NCBI GenBank assembly: GCA_965204535.1
Contig: CBDBEV010000001.1
Span: 672,001-736,000 of the forward strand
DNA from: a bacterium
GTDB lineage: Bacteria; UBA8248
Direction of reading: 5' to 3'
Length of the DNA: 64,000 nucleotides
Shown here: positions 29,600-38,234 of the stretch, one piece after another
Layout: every line of letters starts with the position of its first letter
Numbering within the stretch: position 1 is the first letter of the stretch
Notes under the pieces: generated by a model
What the model was told of the DNA's origin: nothing
Database searches by the model: none
What the model saw: only the letters and a program-made list of their open reading frames with translations
Made by a program: the position numbers and the translations under genes

Positions 29600-30769
29600 C
29601 TAGCCGCGCTCGGCGATCGGCGTGTACTGCGATTCCAGGTCGCCGATGTAGACCGCGCGGGGTCGGAACAGCCGGTTGTCCGGCAAGTACTCGAGAATGC
29701 GCGCCGACCACCCGGCGATGCGCGGCACGGCGAAAATGGGCGTGAACATGTCGGTGTCGATGCCCATGGCGTCGTAGATGATGCCTGAGAAGAAATCGAC
29801 GTTGGGGAAGATGCCCTTGCCGCCCAAGTCCGCCACCACGAGGTCTTCGAGCTTTTTCGCGATCTCGTAGAGATGGCTCGTGCCGGCGCGCTCGGAGAAT
29901 TCCCTGGCGATGGGGTCGAACAGGCGCGCCCTCGGGTCGTAGGCCTTGTAGACGCGGTGGCCGAAGCCCATGACCTTCACCTTTTTCGTCTTCGCCTCGG
30001 CGAACCAGCCTTCCGTCGTGGCGGGGTCTCCGATCTCCTGGAACGTGCGCAGCGTGGCCTCGTTCGCGCCGCCGTGCAGCGGCCCCTTGAGCGAGCCGAC
30101 CCCTGCGACGATGGAGCTGTAGAAATCCGTCAGGGAGCTGTTCGTGACCATGGAGGAGAAGGTAGAGGCGTTCATGCCGTGTTCGGCGTGGATGATGAGG
30201 GCCATATCCATCACCTCCACGGTGCGGGTGTCGGGCGTCTCGCCCGTCATCATGCGGAGAAAATCCTCGGAGAGCCCTTTCGCGGGGTCGGGCTCGATGA
30301 GGAACTCGCCCCGTCTTGCCCGCTGGATGGCCGCCACGAGGGTGGGGAACTGCGCCGTGAGCGTGAGTGCGATGTCAAAATCGTTCTCCACCGTCACTTC
30401 GAACTCCCTGGGGTTCAGGCAGCCCAGCATGGAGACGGCGGTGCGCAGCGTGCTCATGGGGTGGCACATGCCGGCGATCTGCACGATCAGGTCTTTCACC
30501 GGCTGGGGGATGGGCCGGCGCAAGGCCAGATCCGCGTTGAAGACGTCGAGTTCGCTCCGGGTGGGCAGCTTCCCGTTCAGCAGCAGGTAGGCCGTTTCCT
30601 CATAGCCACCGCCTCCGGCGCAGAGGTCGTCGATGCTGTATCCTCGGTATATGAGCTTGCCGTTCGCTCCATCCACGTAGCTGATGGCGCTCTCGTTCGT
30701 GATGGCCCCCTCGAGACCCTTCTTGAACTCCACACTTCCAACGAACTGGCGGGGTTTTTCTTCTGCCAT
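29600..30769 (-). CDS. citrate/2-methylcitrate synthase
   Basis: KGLEG, LIYRGY, HAEHGMNAST, GPLHGGANE, GFGHRVYKAYDPRA, PNVDFFSG. Confidence 0.95.
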   Translation of the reverse strand: MAEEKPRQFVGSVEFKKGLEGAITNESAISYVDGANGKLIYRGYSIDDLCAGGGGYEETAYLLLNGKLPTRSELDVFNADLALRRPIPQPVKDLIVQIAGMCHPMSTLRTAVSMLGCLNPREFEVTVENDFDIALTLTAQFPTLVAAIQRARRGEFLIEPDPAKGLSEDFLRMMTGETPDTRTVEVMDMALIIHAEHGMNASTFSSMVTNSSLTDFYSSIVAGVGSLKGPLHGGANEATLRTFQEIGDPATTEGWFAEAKTKKVKVMGFGHRVYKAYDPRARLFDPIAREFSERAGTSHLYEIAKKLEDLVVADLGGKGIFPNVDFFSGIIYDAMGIDTDMFTPIFAVPRIAGWSARILEYLPDNRLFRPRAVYIGDLESQYTPIAERG

Positions 30770-30870
30770 GGGCGTCTCCAAACGCAAGATGATGAATCGG
30801 CTCTCAAAATACTTTGATTTTCAGTGGTTTCCACATCCGGGATTAGCGGAAGGAAGCCACCGCATGTAAA

Positions 30871-30883
30871 GTATACTGTATAC
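30871..30883. promoter_or_regulatory. palindromic operator candidate upstream of citrate synthase
   Basis: GTATAC-T-GTATAC perfect palindrome in an AT-rich promoter region; resembles GntR-family boxes. Confidence 0.35.
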
Positions 30884-31086
30884 AATTCAAGTAATTATAT
30901 ATTAAAGTCTACTATACAAACATTTCCATCCGCGATGCAAACGGGGTTTTGAACAAAACCCCGGTACGCGCCGCCATTCCGAAGCTTTTTCAACAACCCC
31001 CTCAAGATGGGAGTGAAAGTCAATGCCTTCTCGTCGGGATTGCCTCGTCGCGTAAGGATAAAATTATCTTGGTAGCCTGCAATAAG

Positions 31087-31138
31087 GTAGGGACAGGTCG
31101 CGACTTGTGGGACAGCCCCGAGGAGGGGCTGTCCCTAC
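31087..31138. repeat. GTAG-type REP with a nested hairpin insertion
   Basis: gtagggacaggtcgcgac-ttgtgggacagccccgaggagggg-ctgtccctac. Confidence 0.65.
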
Positions 31139-31214
31139 GAGTGATTCTAATCGGATAACCGGTCTCCCGGTCGATTACCGGGAGGCTGTGGGATGTATTT
31201 CGTCTCCCACTACC

Positions 31215-32123
31215 CTACACCGGCTGCGCGCCGGCGATCTGGGTGCGGTGCATGAGGCGCGGATGCGTGCCCGCGTGGGGCTCGCGGTAGTGCATGGTGC
31301 AACGGTTGTCCCACAGCAGCACGTCGCCGAGCCGCCAGACGTGCGCCCAGACGAGCTCGTCGCGGCAGGCGTGCTCCCAGAGGAAATCGAGAAGCGCCTC
31401 GCTCTCCTGCTCTTCCATGTCATCGATGTATTGCGACGGATAGGCCCGCCTGCGTCCCAGGTAGAGCGCCTTCCTGCCCGATTCGGGGTGCGTGCATACG
31501 AGGGGGTGGTGCGGACCGGGAACTTCCGAGGGTTTCGTGGGCAGCTTGACGCCGGGCCGGAGCGTGCCGGCCGAGTTCCGGCTCGCATCGTGGACAGCGG
31601 TCTTCCCCTCGATTTTCTGCTTCACGTCCTCGGGCAGGGTCTCATACGCCGTGTACTGGTTGCTGAAGCACGTGTTCCCGCCCGACGGCGGCAGCCTCCG
31701 CCCGTAGAGCATGCTGCCCGCAGGCGGTTTCTCTGCGTAGGAATTATCGTTGTGCCAGACGACCTCGCCGCTGCCCAGGCTCTCGTTCTGCTGCACGGGG
31801 TTGCCGTCGTCATCCAGGTTGTGGACGACGGTGATCTCGGCGTACTTGGCGGCCCATGTCTGCTCTTTCCCGGCCTTGTCGTAATAGGCCTTGGCGGCGG
31901 GCACGACGGCCTCGCCGAAGATGCGCGTGGCGTCGAGGTGCTGCTCCTCGGTCATCTCCTGATCCCGGAACAACAAAACGAGGTGCTCCGTCCAGGCGTC
32001 ACGCAGGGCCTGCTTCACCTCTTTTGACATGGGCTGGGCCAGGTCGACGCCCCTGATTTCGGCCCCCAGGGCGGCGCCGGTCGGCACCACTTCCAGACTG
32101 TCGAGCGTGTTTTTCGTACTCAT
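31215..32123 (-). CDS. TauD/TfdA family Fe(II)/2-oxoglutarate dioxygenase
   Basis: LGAEIRGVDL, WHND.SY, GGNT.F, HPLV..HP, WDNRCTMH.R. Confidence 0.93.
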   Translation of the reverse strand: MSTKNTLDSLEVVPTGAALGAEIRGVDLAQPMSKEVKQALRDAWTEHLVLLFRDQEMTEEQHLDATRIFGEAVVPAAKAYYDKAGKEQTWAAKYAEITVVHNLDDDGNPVQQNESLGSGEVVWHNDNSYAEKPPAGSMLYGRRLPPSGGNTCFSNQYTAYETLPEDVKQKIEGKTAVHDASRNSAGTLRPGVKLPTKPSEVPGPHHPLVCTHPESGRKALYLGRRRAYPSQYIDDMEEQESEALLDFLWEHACRDELVWAHVWRLGDVLLWDNRCTMHYREPHAGTHPRLMHRTQIAGAQPV

Positions 32124-32231
32124 TGCGTTGGACTCCTATCGTGTGAGTTTCTCTTCTCCGGGAGAGACGCCCGGATGATGTGATTGGCTGTTTCGCCCAG
32201 TCTAGTAAAACGGCGCTCCCCTGTAAAGATT

Positions 32232-33419
32232 TCAGGCGACTGTGCTCACGCGCGCGCGCCTTTTCTGCTCCGCGTGAATCAGCCAGGCGAGGCTCGTGGC
32301 GACGAGGCAGAGCAGGGCGTAGAAGAGAAACGATTCCCTCAAGCCCACCGCCTGGGCGATGAGTCCTCCCAGGAAGGGCGACGCCACAGACGCCGCCTCG
32401 TTCGCCGTATACATCAAGCCGATGGCGCTCGTGCGGTTTTTCTCGCGAACCACGCCGGTGGTGAGCGTGAGCATGAGGCTCTGGGAGGGATTGAGGCACG
32501 CGCCCAGAAGCGCGAGCAGACCGAAGAAGACGATCACGGATTCGGCCTGCGACAAGAATGCGAGGGAGGCGGCGCTCGTCGCCATCATGAAGAGGATGAT
32601 GCGCGTCTCGTTTTTCGGGTCGGCGTATTTCCCCCATATCACGGCGAAGACCGTTCCGACGAGGAAATAGCCCGTGATGGCCCAGCCCACCTCGATGGTG
32701 CCGAGCCCCAGCCCCTCGGCCAGCAGGAGCGGCAGGAACGTCATGATGCCCCGCAAACCCATCACCCGGCAGGAGGAGAGCAGCGTCATCAGGATCATGA
32801 ATTTGTCGCTCAATAATTCACTGAAAGTGGATTTGGCCTCTTTCGCCATCGACTTGCGCCTGCCGGGCGCGTCCTGAAAACGCAGCCAGATGAGGAGCGC
32901 GCACGCGACGCCGGGCAGCACGAAATACTGCGCCGCCGAGCGCCAGCTCGCGAGATAGACCGTGAGCCAGCCCATGGCCACCGGCGTCAGGATGCTCCCG
33001 AAATCGCCCCCCGCCTTGAAAAGGCCCATGGCGAGGCCCCGGTTTTTGGGGCTTTCTGCGGCGATCATCGAAACCGCCGCAGGGTGATAGGCCGAACAGC
33101 CCAAACCGCTCAGGAAGACGAAGGTGAGCAGGGCCGCGTAGGTATCCGAATAGCCGTAGAACCAGGCGGGCAGGGCGTTGAACAGCAGAGACAGCCCCAG
33201 GATGAGGCGGGTTTTGCCCGTGAAATCGCCCAGAAACGAGATGGGCAACTGAAAGAGGCTGCTCGACAGCGCGTAGACCGAGGCGATGAGGCCCGTCTGC
33301 GCGTAGTTGAGGCCGAAATCCGCCATGATGAGCGGAAGGATGGGCGTCAGGATCCGGTTGTAGAGTGAGTTCACCGAGTGGCTCGACGCGATGATGAAGA
33401 TGTTGGCGCCTGTGCTCAT
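32232..33419 (-). CDS. MFS transporter (Fsr-like)
   Basis: About 12 hydrophobic segments, GLGCSAYHP, RGLAMG. Confidence 0.88.
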   Translation of the reverse strand: MSTGANIFIIASSHSVNSLYNRILTPILPLIMADFGLNYAQTGLIASVYALSSSLFQLPISFLGDFTGKTRLILGLSLLFNALPAWFYGYSDTYAALLTFVFLSGLGCSAYHPAAVSMIAAESPKNRGLAMGLFKAGGDFGSILTPVAMGWLTVYLASWRSAAQYFVLPGVACALLIWLRFQDAPGRRKSMAKEAKSTFSELLSDKFMILMTLLSSCRVMGLRGIMTFLPLLLAEGLGLGTIEVGWAITGYFLVGTVFAVIWGKYADPKNETRIILFMMATSAASLAFLSQAESVIVFFGLLALLGACLNPSQSLMLTLTTGVVREKNRTSAIGLMYTANEAASVASPFLGGLIAQAVGLRESFLFYALLCLVATSLAWLIHAEQKRRARVSTVA

Positions 33420-33580
33420 GCGGATTCCAGGGTGGGAGAATGATGGAACGATGAAGACGCGCCATTCATACCACTAAACGGAGCGTGCGGGGAAGCGTGC
33501 GCGATGAGGGCGCAAGCGCGGGGTAGTTGAACAAGCCTCTGAGAACGAAGGTTTGACCCGACCGATGAATGAGCAAGAAT

Positions 33581-33846
33581 CACTCCCCCCTGGAGGGGGA
33601 GTCGAAGAGCTGAGGGCGTAAGCCCGAAAGCGATTCGGTGGGGGGGATAATTCGGAATGGCAATAAAACGCATTTTACCCCCCCACCAGTTCAGCCTTCG
33701 CAAAAATCGCTCGGCTTCACTGTCTGGCTTTCCCCTCGGGAAGCCAGACCCTCCAGGGGGGAGTGATTCCTTTCTTCTCGGTTGCCGATGACACTCAAGG
33801 GGGAGTGAAATTTAGCGTGCGCCTTCTGAGGAGTTTTCAACAATCC
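33581..33846. repeat. CACTCCCCCC...GGGGGGAGTG palindromic element with IS-like end
   Basis: cactcccccctggagggggagtcg...ccctccaggggggagtg with internal gtctggc/gccagac hairpin; ttttcaacaatccc at the right end. Confidence 0.8.
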
Positions 33847-33949
33847 CGCGCCCTCTCACGATTCACCGAGGGTGTGATATGCTGTGCGCGAATCAACATC
33901 CGCTCGTCGTGACGGCTGCCCGGGAAAGTGTGCGAAGAGGCATTATCGC

Positions 33950-35566
33950 GTGAAATACGATCTCGATACGCTTCGCGGAGACCTTTTCGGCGGCGTCACC
34001 GCCATGGTGGTGGCCCTGCCGTTGTCCTTGGCCTACGGCGTGGCTTCGGGCATGGGGGCCGCAGCGGGGCTTTACGGCGCGATAGCGGTGGGCTTTTTCG
34101 CTGCCGTCTTCGGCGGCACGGCGACCCAGATATCCGGCCCCACGGCGCCGATGGCCATCGTCATGGCGGTCATCATCACCACCTATGCGGAAAACCTGAC
34201 CGAAGCCCTCACGGTGGTCGTGATGGGCGGGTTGCTGCAAGTGCTTCTGGGCGTGTTGAAGCTCGGCCGCTTCGTGGCCTACACGCCGTATGTGGTCGTC
34301 TCGGGCTTCATGTCCGGCATCGGCGTCCTCGTGATGGCGATTCAGGTCCTGCCCTTTTTCGGCTCCGACCCCGTGCCGGGCGGAGCCGTGGGCATGATTC
34401 TCGCACTGCCCGAGACGCTGGCCGACATCAACGGGAGCGCTTTGGGCGTCGGGCTCGTCACGCTCGGCGTCGCGGTCTTCTGGCCGCCCCGATTCCGGAA
34501 AATCCTGCCCACGCCCCTCGTGGGGCTTTTCGCCGGCACACTCGTGGGTGTCTTGTGGCTGAAGGGGGCGCCCGTCATCGGGGAGGTGCCGACCGGCCTG
34601 CCGGGGCTGCAGATAGGACTCCCATCGCTCGGCTTTCTGGCGCGCGCGGTGGAGCCCGCCCTCATTCTCGCCCTCATCGGCTCGGTGGTGAGCCTTCTCA
34701 CCGGTCTCGTGGCCGACTCATTGACCCGCACGAGCCACGACCCGGACCGCGAACTCATCGGCCAGGGCGTGGGCAACGCGGCCGCGGGCCTGATCGGCGG
34801 ACTGCCCGGCGCGGGCACACCCGTGTATACGGTGCCCAACATCCGCTCCGGCGGGCGGACCCGCGCGGCGGGTGCGATATTCGCGGTGTTTCTCCTGGCG
34901 ATCCTCCTGGGTCTCGGGCCTTACGTCGAGTCGATTCCGCTCGCCGCTCTCGCGGGTGTCCTGATAAAGGTCGGCTGGGACATCATCGACTGGCGCCTCC
35001 TCACCCGCCTGCACCGCATCAAGCGTGAACACCTCTTCGTCCTGTTGACGACGCTCGGCCTCACGGTGTTCGTCGATCTCATCAGCGCCGTGGCGATAGG
35101 CCTCATCGTCGCGGGTCTGGCCCACGCGGGACAGCTCGAGAACCTCGAACTCGACAGCGTGGTCTCAGTACCCCTGCTGGATCAGATGTTCCTCTACGAG
35201 GGGGAAGAGGTCGAAGGGGTCGACCCGTTCGAGGCGCGCGTCGGCATGGTGGCGCTCCGGGGAAGCTTCACCGTCGCGTCGTCCAAGAAACTGGTGCGGA
35301 CGATCAGCCTCGACATCAAGGATCACGAGGTCGTCATCTTCAATTTCACAGAAGCCACCTACATCGACGACAGTGCCGCCATGGTCATCAAGCAACTCAT
35401 CGACGTCGCCACCGAAGAAGATACCGAGTCCATCGTCATCGGGCTTACGGGCGACGTCGCGGAGACGCTCGACGCGCTCGACGTCCTGCGCGAGGTGCCG
35501 CCGGAGCGCATCGTCGAGAACCTGGACCAGGCGCGCGAGATAGCGAAACCCCTTGTGGGGGTTTGA
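33950..35566 (+). CDS. SulP family anion permease with STAS domain (BicA-like), copy 1
   Basis: GDLFGGVTA.VVALP, GLYGAIAVGFFAA.FGG...QISGPT, RELIGQG.GN, C-terminal YIDDSA. Confidence 0.92.
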   Translation: MKYDLDTLRGDLFGGVTAMVVALPLSLAYGVASGMGAAAGLYGAIAVGFFAAVFGGTATQISGPTAPMAIVMAVIITTYAENLTEALTVVVMGGLLQVLLGVLKLGRFVAYTPYVVVSGFMSGIGVLVMAIQVLPFFGSDPVPGGAVGMILALPETLADINGSALGVGLVTLGVAVFWPPRFRKILPTPLVGLFAGTLVGVLWLKGAPVIGEVPTGLPGLQIGLPSLGFLARAVEPALILALIGSVVSLLTGLVADSLTRTSHDPDRELIGQGVGNAAAGLIGGLPGAGTPVYTVPNIRSGGRTRAAGAIFAVFLLAILLGLGPYVESIPLAALAGVLIKVGWDIIDWRLLTRLHRIKREHLFVLLTTLGLTVFVDLISAVAIGLIVAGLAHAGQLENLELDSVVSVPLLDQMFLYEGEEVEGVDPFEARVGMVALRGSFTVASSKKLVRTISLDIKDHEVVIFNFTEATYIDDSAAMVIKQLIDVATEEDTESIVIGLTGDVAETLDALDVLREVPPERIVENLDQAREIAKPLVGV

Positions 35567-35606
35567 GGCGGTGGATGTGTCTTAAGATGGAAGAGGGTTT
35601 CCTCAC

Positions 35607-37223
35607 TTGAACTACGATCTCAAGACGCTTCGCGGGGACGTCTCCGGCGGCCTCACCGGTACGGTGGTCGCGCTGCCATTCGCGCTCTCTTTCGGTGTGG
35701 CGTCGGGAATGGGGGCTGCGGCGGGGCTTTACGGCGCGATTGCGGTGGGTTTTTTCGCGGTGCTCTTCGGCGGTACGCGGACGGTTATTTCAGGGCCTGC
35801 GCCTTCCATAACCGTCGCCATGGCGGTCATCGTCACCACCCACGCGACGAATCTCACCGAGGCGCTGAGCATCGTCGTTCTGGGCGGCCTGCTGCAGGTG
35901 CTTCTGGGCGCGCTGGGGGCCGGCCGCTTCGTAGTCTACACGCCCTATGTGGTCGTCTCGGGCTTCATGTCCGGCATCGGCGTCATCATCATGGCGATCG
36001 AGGCGCTGCCCTTTCTCGGGGCGCCGCCCGCGCCCGGCGGGTTCATGGGCGCGATTCGCGCGCTCCCGGAGGCGCTCGGGAATATCAACGCAGACGCCCT
36101 GGGCGTCGGCGCCGCCACGCTCGCCGCCTTCGCCTTCTGGCCGCGACGCTTCGCTAAGTTTCTCCCCGCTCCGCTGGTGGCGCTCGCAGTGGGCTCGCTT
36201 CTGGGCGTCTTGTGGCTGAATGAGGCGCCCGCCATCGGACGGATTCCGGCCGGCCTGCCGGAACTGCACCTGGGACTGCCCTCCGCCGGCTTCCTCCTGG
36301 GGGCCTTGCAACCGGCGGTCGTCCTCGCCCTGCTGGGCTCCATCGACAGCCTCCTCGCCGCCCTGGTGGCCGACTCGCTCACCGGCTCGCGCCACAACCC
36401 GAACCGTGAACTGGTGGGACAGGGGATCGGCAACGTGGCCGCAGGTCTCATCGGCGGACTACCCGGCGCGGGCGCCACCGTGAGCACGGTGACGAACATC
36501 CGCGCGGGGGGGCAGACCCGAGTGTCGGGTATGCTGCGCGCCGTGTTGCTGCTGGCGCTCCTGCTGGGTTTCGGGCCTTACGTCGAGTCGGTTCCGCTCG
36601 CCGCCTTGGCGGGCGTTCTGATGAAGGTGGGCTGGGAAATCGTCGATTGGCGGCTCCTCGCCCGTTTGCGCCACATCCGGCGCGAGCATCTCTTCGTCAT
36701 GCTGATGACGCTCGGCCTCACGGTGTTCGTCGACCTGCTGACCGCCGTGGCGATAGGCCTCATCGCCGCAGGGATGGCCCACGCAAGGCACCTCGAGCGC
36801 CTCGAGATCGACAACGTGGTGTCCGTGCCGATGCTCGACCACATATTCTTTGGAGGGACGAAAGACGCAGGCGAGGTGAACCCCTATGCGGCGCGCGTCG
36901 GCCTGGTGTCGCTCCGGGGCAGCTTCACCGTCGCCTCATCGCACGAGCTGGTCGCGGCCATCAGCGCGGACATCAAGGACCACGAGGTCGTCATCTTCGA
37001 TTTCACGGGCGCCACGCATCTCGACGACAGCGCCGCCATGCTGATCAAGCGGCTCATGGACGTCGCCGCGCAGGAGCGCACGGCGTTCATCGTGATGGGC
37101 CTGGCGGGCGACGCCGCGCGCACCTTACGCGCGTTCGACGTTCTGCGCGACGCGCCCGAAGGGCGCGTCGTCGAGACCCTGGATGAGGCGCGGGAGACCG
37201 CGAAGAAGATTCTGGGAGTATAG
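35607..37223 (+). CDS. SulP family anion permease with STAS domain (BicA-like), copy 2
   Basis: Tandem paralog of 33950..35566; GSIDSLL, GAGAT. Confidence 0.92.
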   Translation: MNYDLKTLRGDVSGGLTGTVVALPFALSFGVASGMGAAAGLYGAIAVGFFAVLFGGTRTVISGPAPSITVAMAVIVTTHATNLTEALSIVVLGGLLQVLLGALGAGRFVVYTPYVVVSGFMSGIGVIIMAIEALPFLGAPPAPGGFMGAIRALPEALGNINADALGVGAATLAAFAFWPRRFAKFLPAPLVALAVGSLLGVLWLNEAPAIGRIPAGLPELHLGLPSAGFLLGALQPAVVLALLGSIDSLLAALVADSLTGSRHNPNRELVGQGIGNVAAGLIGGLPGAGATVSTVTNIRAGGQTRVSGMLRAVLLLALLLGFGPYVESVPLAALAGVLMKVGWEIVDWRLLARLRHIRREHLFVMLMTLGLTVFVDLLTAVAIGLIAAGMAHARHLERLEIDNVVSVPMLDHIFFGGTKDAGEVNPYAARVGLVSLRGSFTVASSHELVAAISADIKDHEVVIFDFTGATHLDDSAAMLIKRLMDVAAQERTAFIVMGLAGDAARTLRAFDVLRDAPEGRVVETLDEARETAKKILGV

Positions 37224-37357
37224 GAGGGGGGTGGCCTTGGTTGCGAGCAGGGCATCCAGGCTGGTGAAATAATCCACATCATCTGCTCGTAAGCGTTCGG
37301 GCGGGCCGTGATGGTAGTGCCTTGAAGCAGTAGTTCGGGCCGGAATGGGGGATGATT

Positions 37358-38230
37358 TTACCGGTTGAGGACTTGCTTCCAGTTTCTGCGCAACGGTCGT
37401 AGCCAGATGTCCTTTTTCGGTTGGTCTCGTTTCGTGTATCTGTCGTAGCGTCCACGCCCCTGGGTCATACCGACGTGAATCCACCCCGATGCCCTGTAGA
37501 CGGCGCCGGTGTAGCGCGGCGTCTCGACGAAGGTCTCGACGAGGACGGGTGTCGTGCCATAGCGCTCGGTCCAGTCCTCGGGCAGGCGCCTGCGGATGAT
37601 GGCGAGGAGGTGTGAGCCGAGGTTGAGGATCCTGATCCATGGCAGGATGAGGAACCTCGGGTTGTCGACCACGAGGGGGAGGTTCTTCTCGCGCAGCTGC
37701 GGCGTCCAGCCGATGAAGCTGTCGCGCGGGGCGAGCTTCCACGCGGCGGTGGAGAAGCCGAGCATGGCGAGGGGCCTGCCGCCCCGGTCGTGGACGGCGT
37801 AGCGCATCTGCGCGCCGACGAGGGTCTTGTAGCCGAGGTAGTGGTAGCGGGCGACGAACTCGTTCCAGAGCCTGCCCTCGCGGGTTCCGCGCACGGCGAC
37901 GCGCATATCGAGGGGGCGGACTTCGTCGAGGGTCTCAGGCGCCGGGATGAGGGGAGGTTCGGTGTCGGGTCCGAAGACGATCGGCCCGGGCCGGTTCTGG
38001 CGCCACTTCGGTGGGGGCAGCGTGATCAGGCCGTCCTTGTGCATGGCCAGCATAGTCACCCGGGCCATCATGTCCTTGAGTCCGCCGTCGGGCTTGTACC
38101 AGCCGATTCGGCGGCAGAACTCCTTCGATAGCGCATGGCGGTTGAGCGCAGGTGGACCTGCGATCAGTTCGCGCAGCAGCGCCATCTCTTCCGTCGTGAA
38201 GTCGCGTCCGTGGTAGCGGCACTCGGTCAC
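37358..38230 (-). CDS. DUF4338 / Druantia DruA-like protein
   Basis: YHYLGY....GAQMRY, APRD.FIGW, NPRFLILPW, LGSHLL, DW..RYG..PVLVETFV, GAVYRASGW..VG.TQGRGR; inside the IS. Confidence 0.8.
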   Translation of the reverse strand: MTECRYHGRDFTTEEMALLRELIAGPPALNRHALSKEFCRRIGWYKPDGGLKDMMARVTMLAMHKDGLITLPPPKWRQNRPGPIVFGPDTEPPLIPAPETLDEVRPLDMRVAVRGTREGRLWNEFVARYHYLGYKTLVGAQMRYAVHDRGGRPLAMLGFSTAAWKLAPRDSFIGWTPQLREKNLPLVVDNPRFLILPWIRILNLGSHLLAIIRRRLPEDWTERYGTTPVLVETFVETPRYTGAVYRASGWIHVGMTQGRGRYDRYTKRDQPKKDIWLRPLRRNWKQVLNR

Positions 38231-38234
38231 GGCG

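Noticed and set aside
37358-38230. Complete Druantia defence system
   Set aside because: No DruE helicase or DruB-D genes; the gene lies within IS termini.
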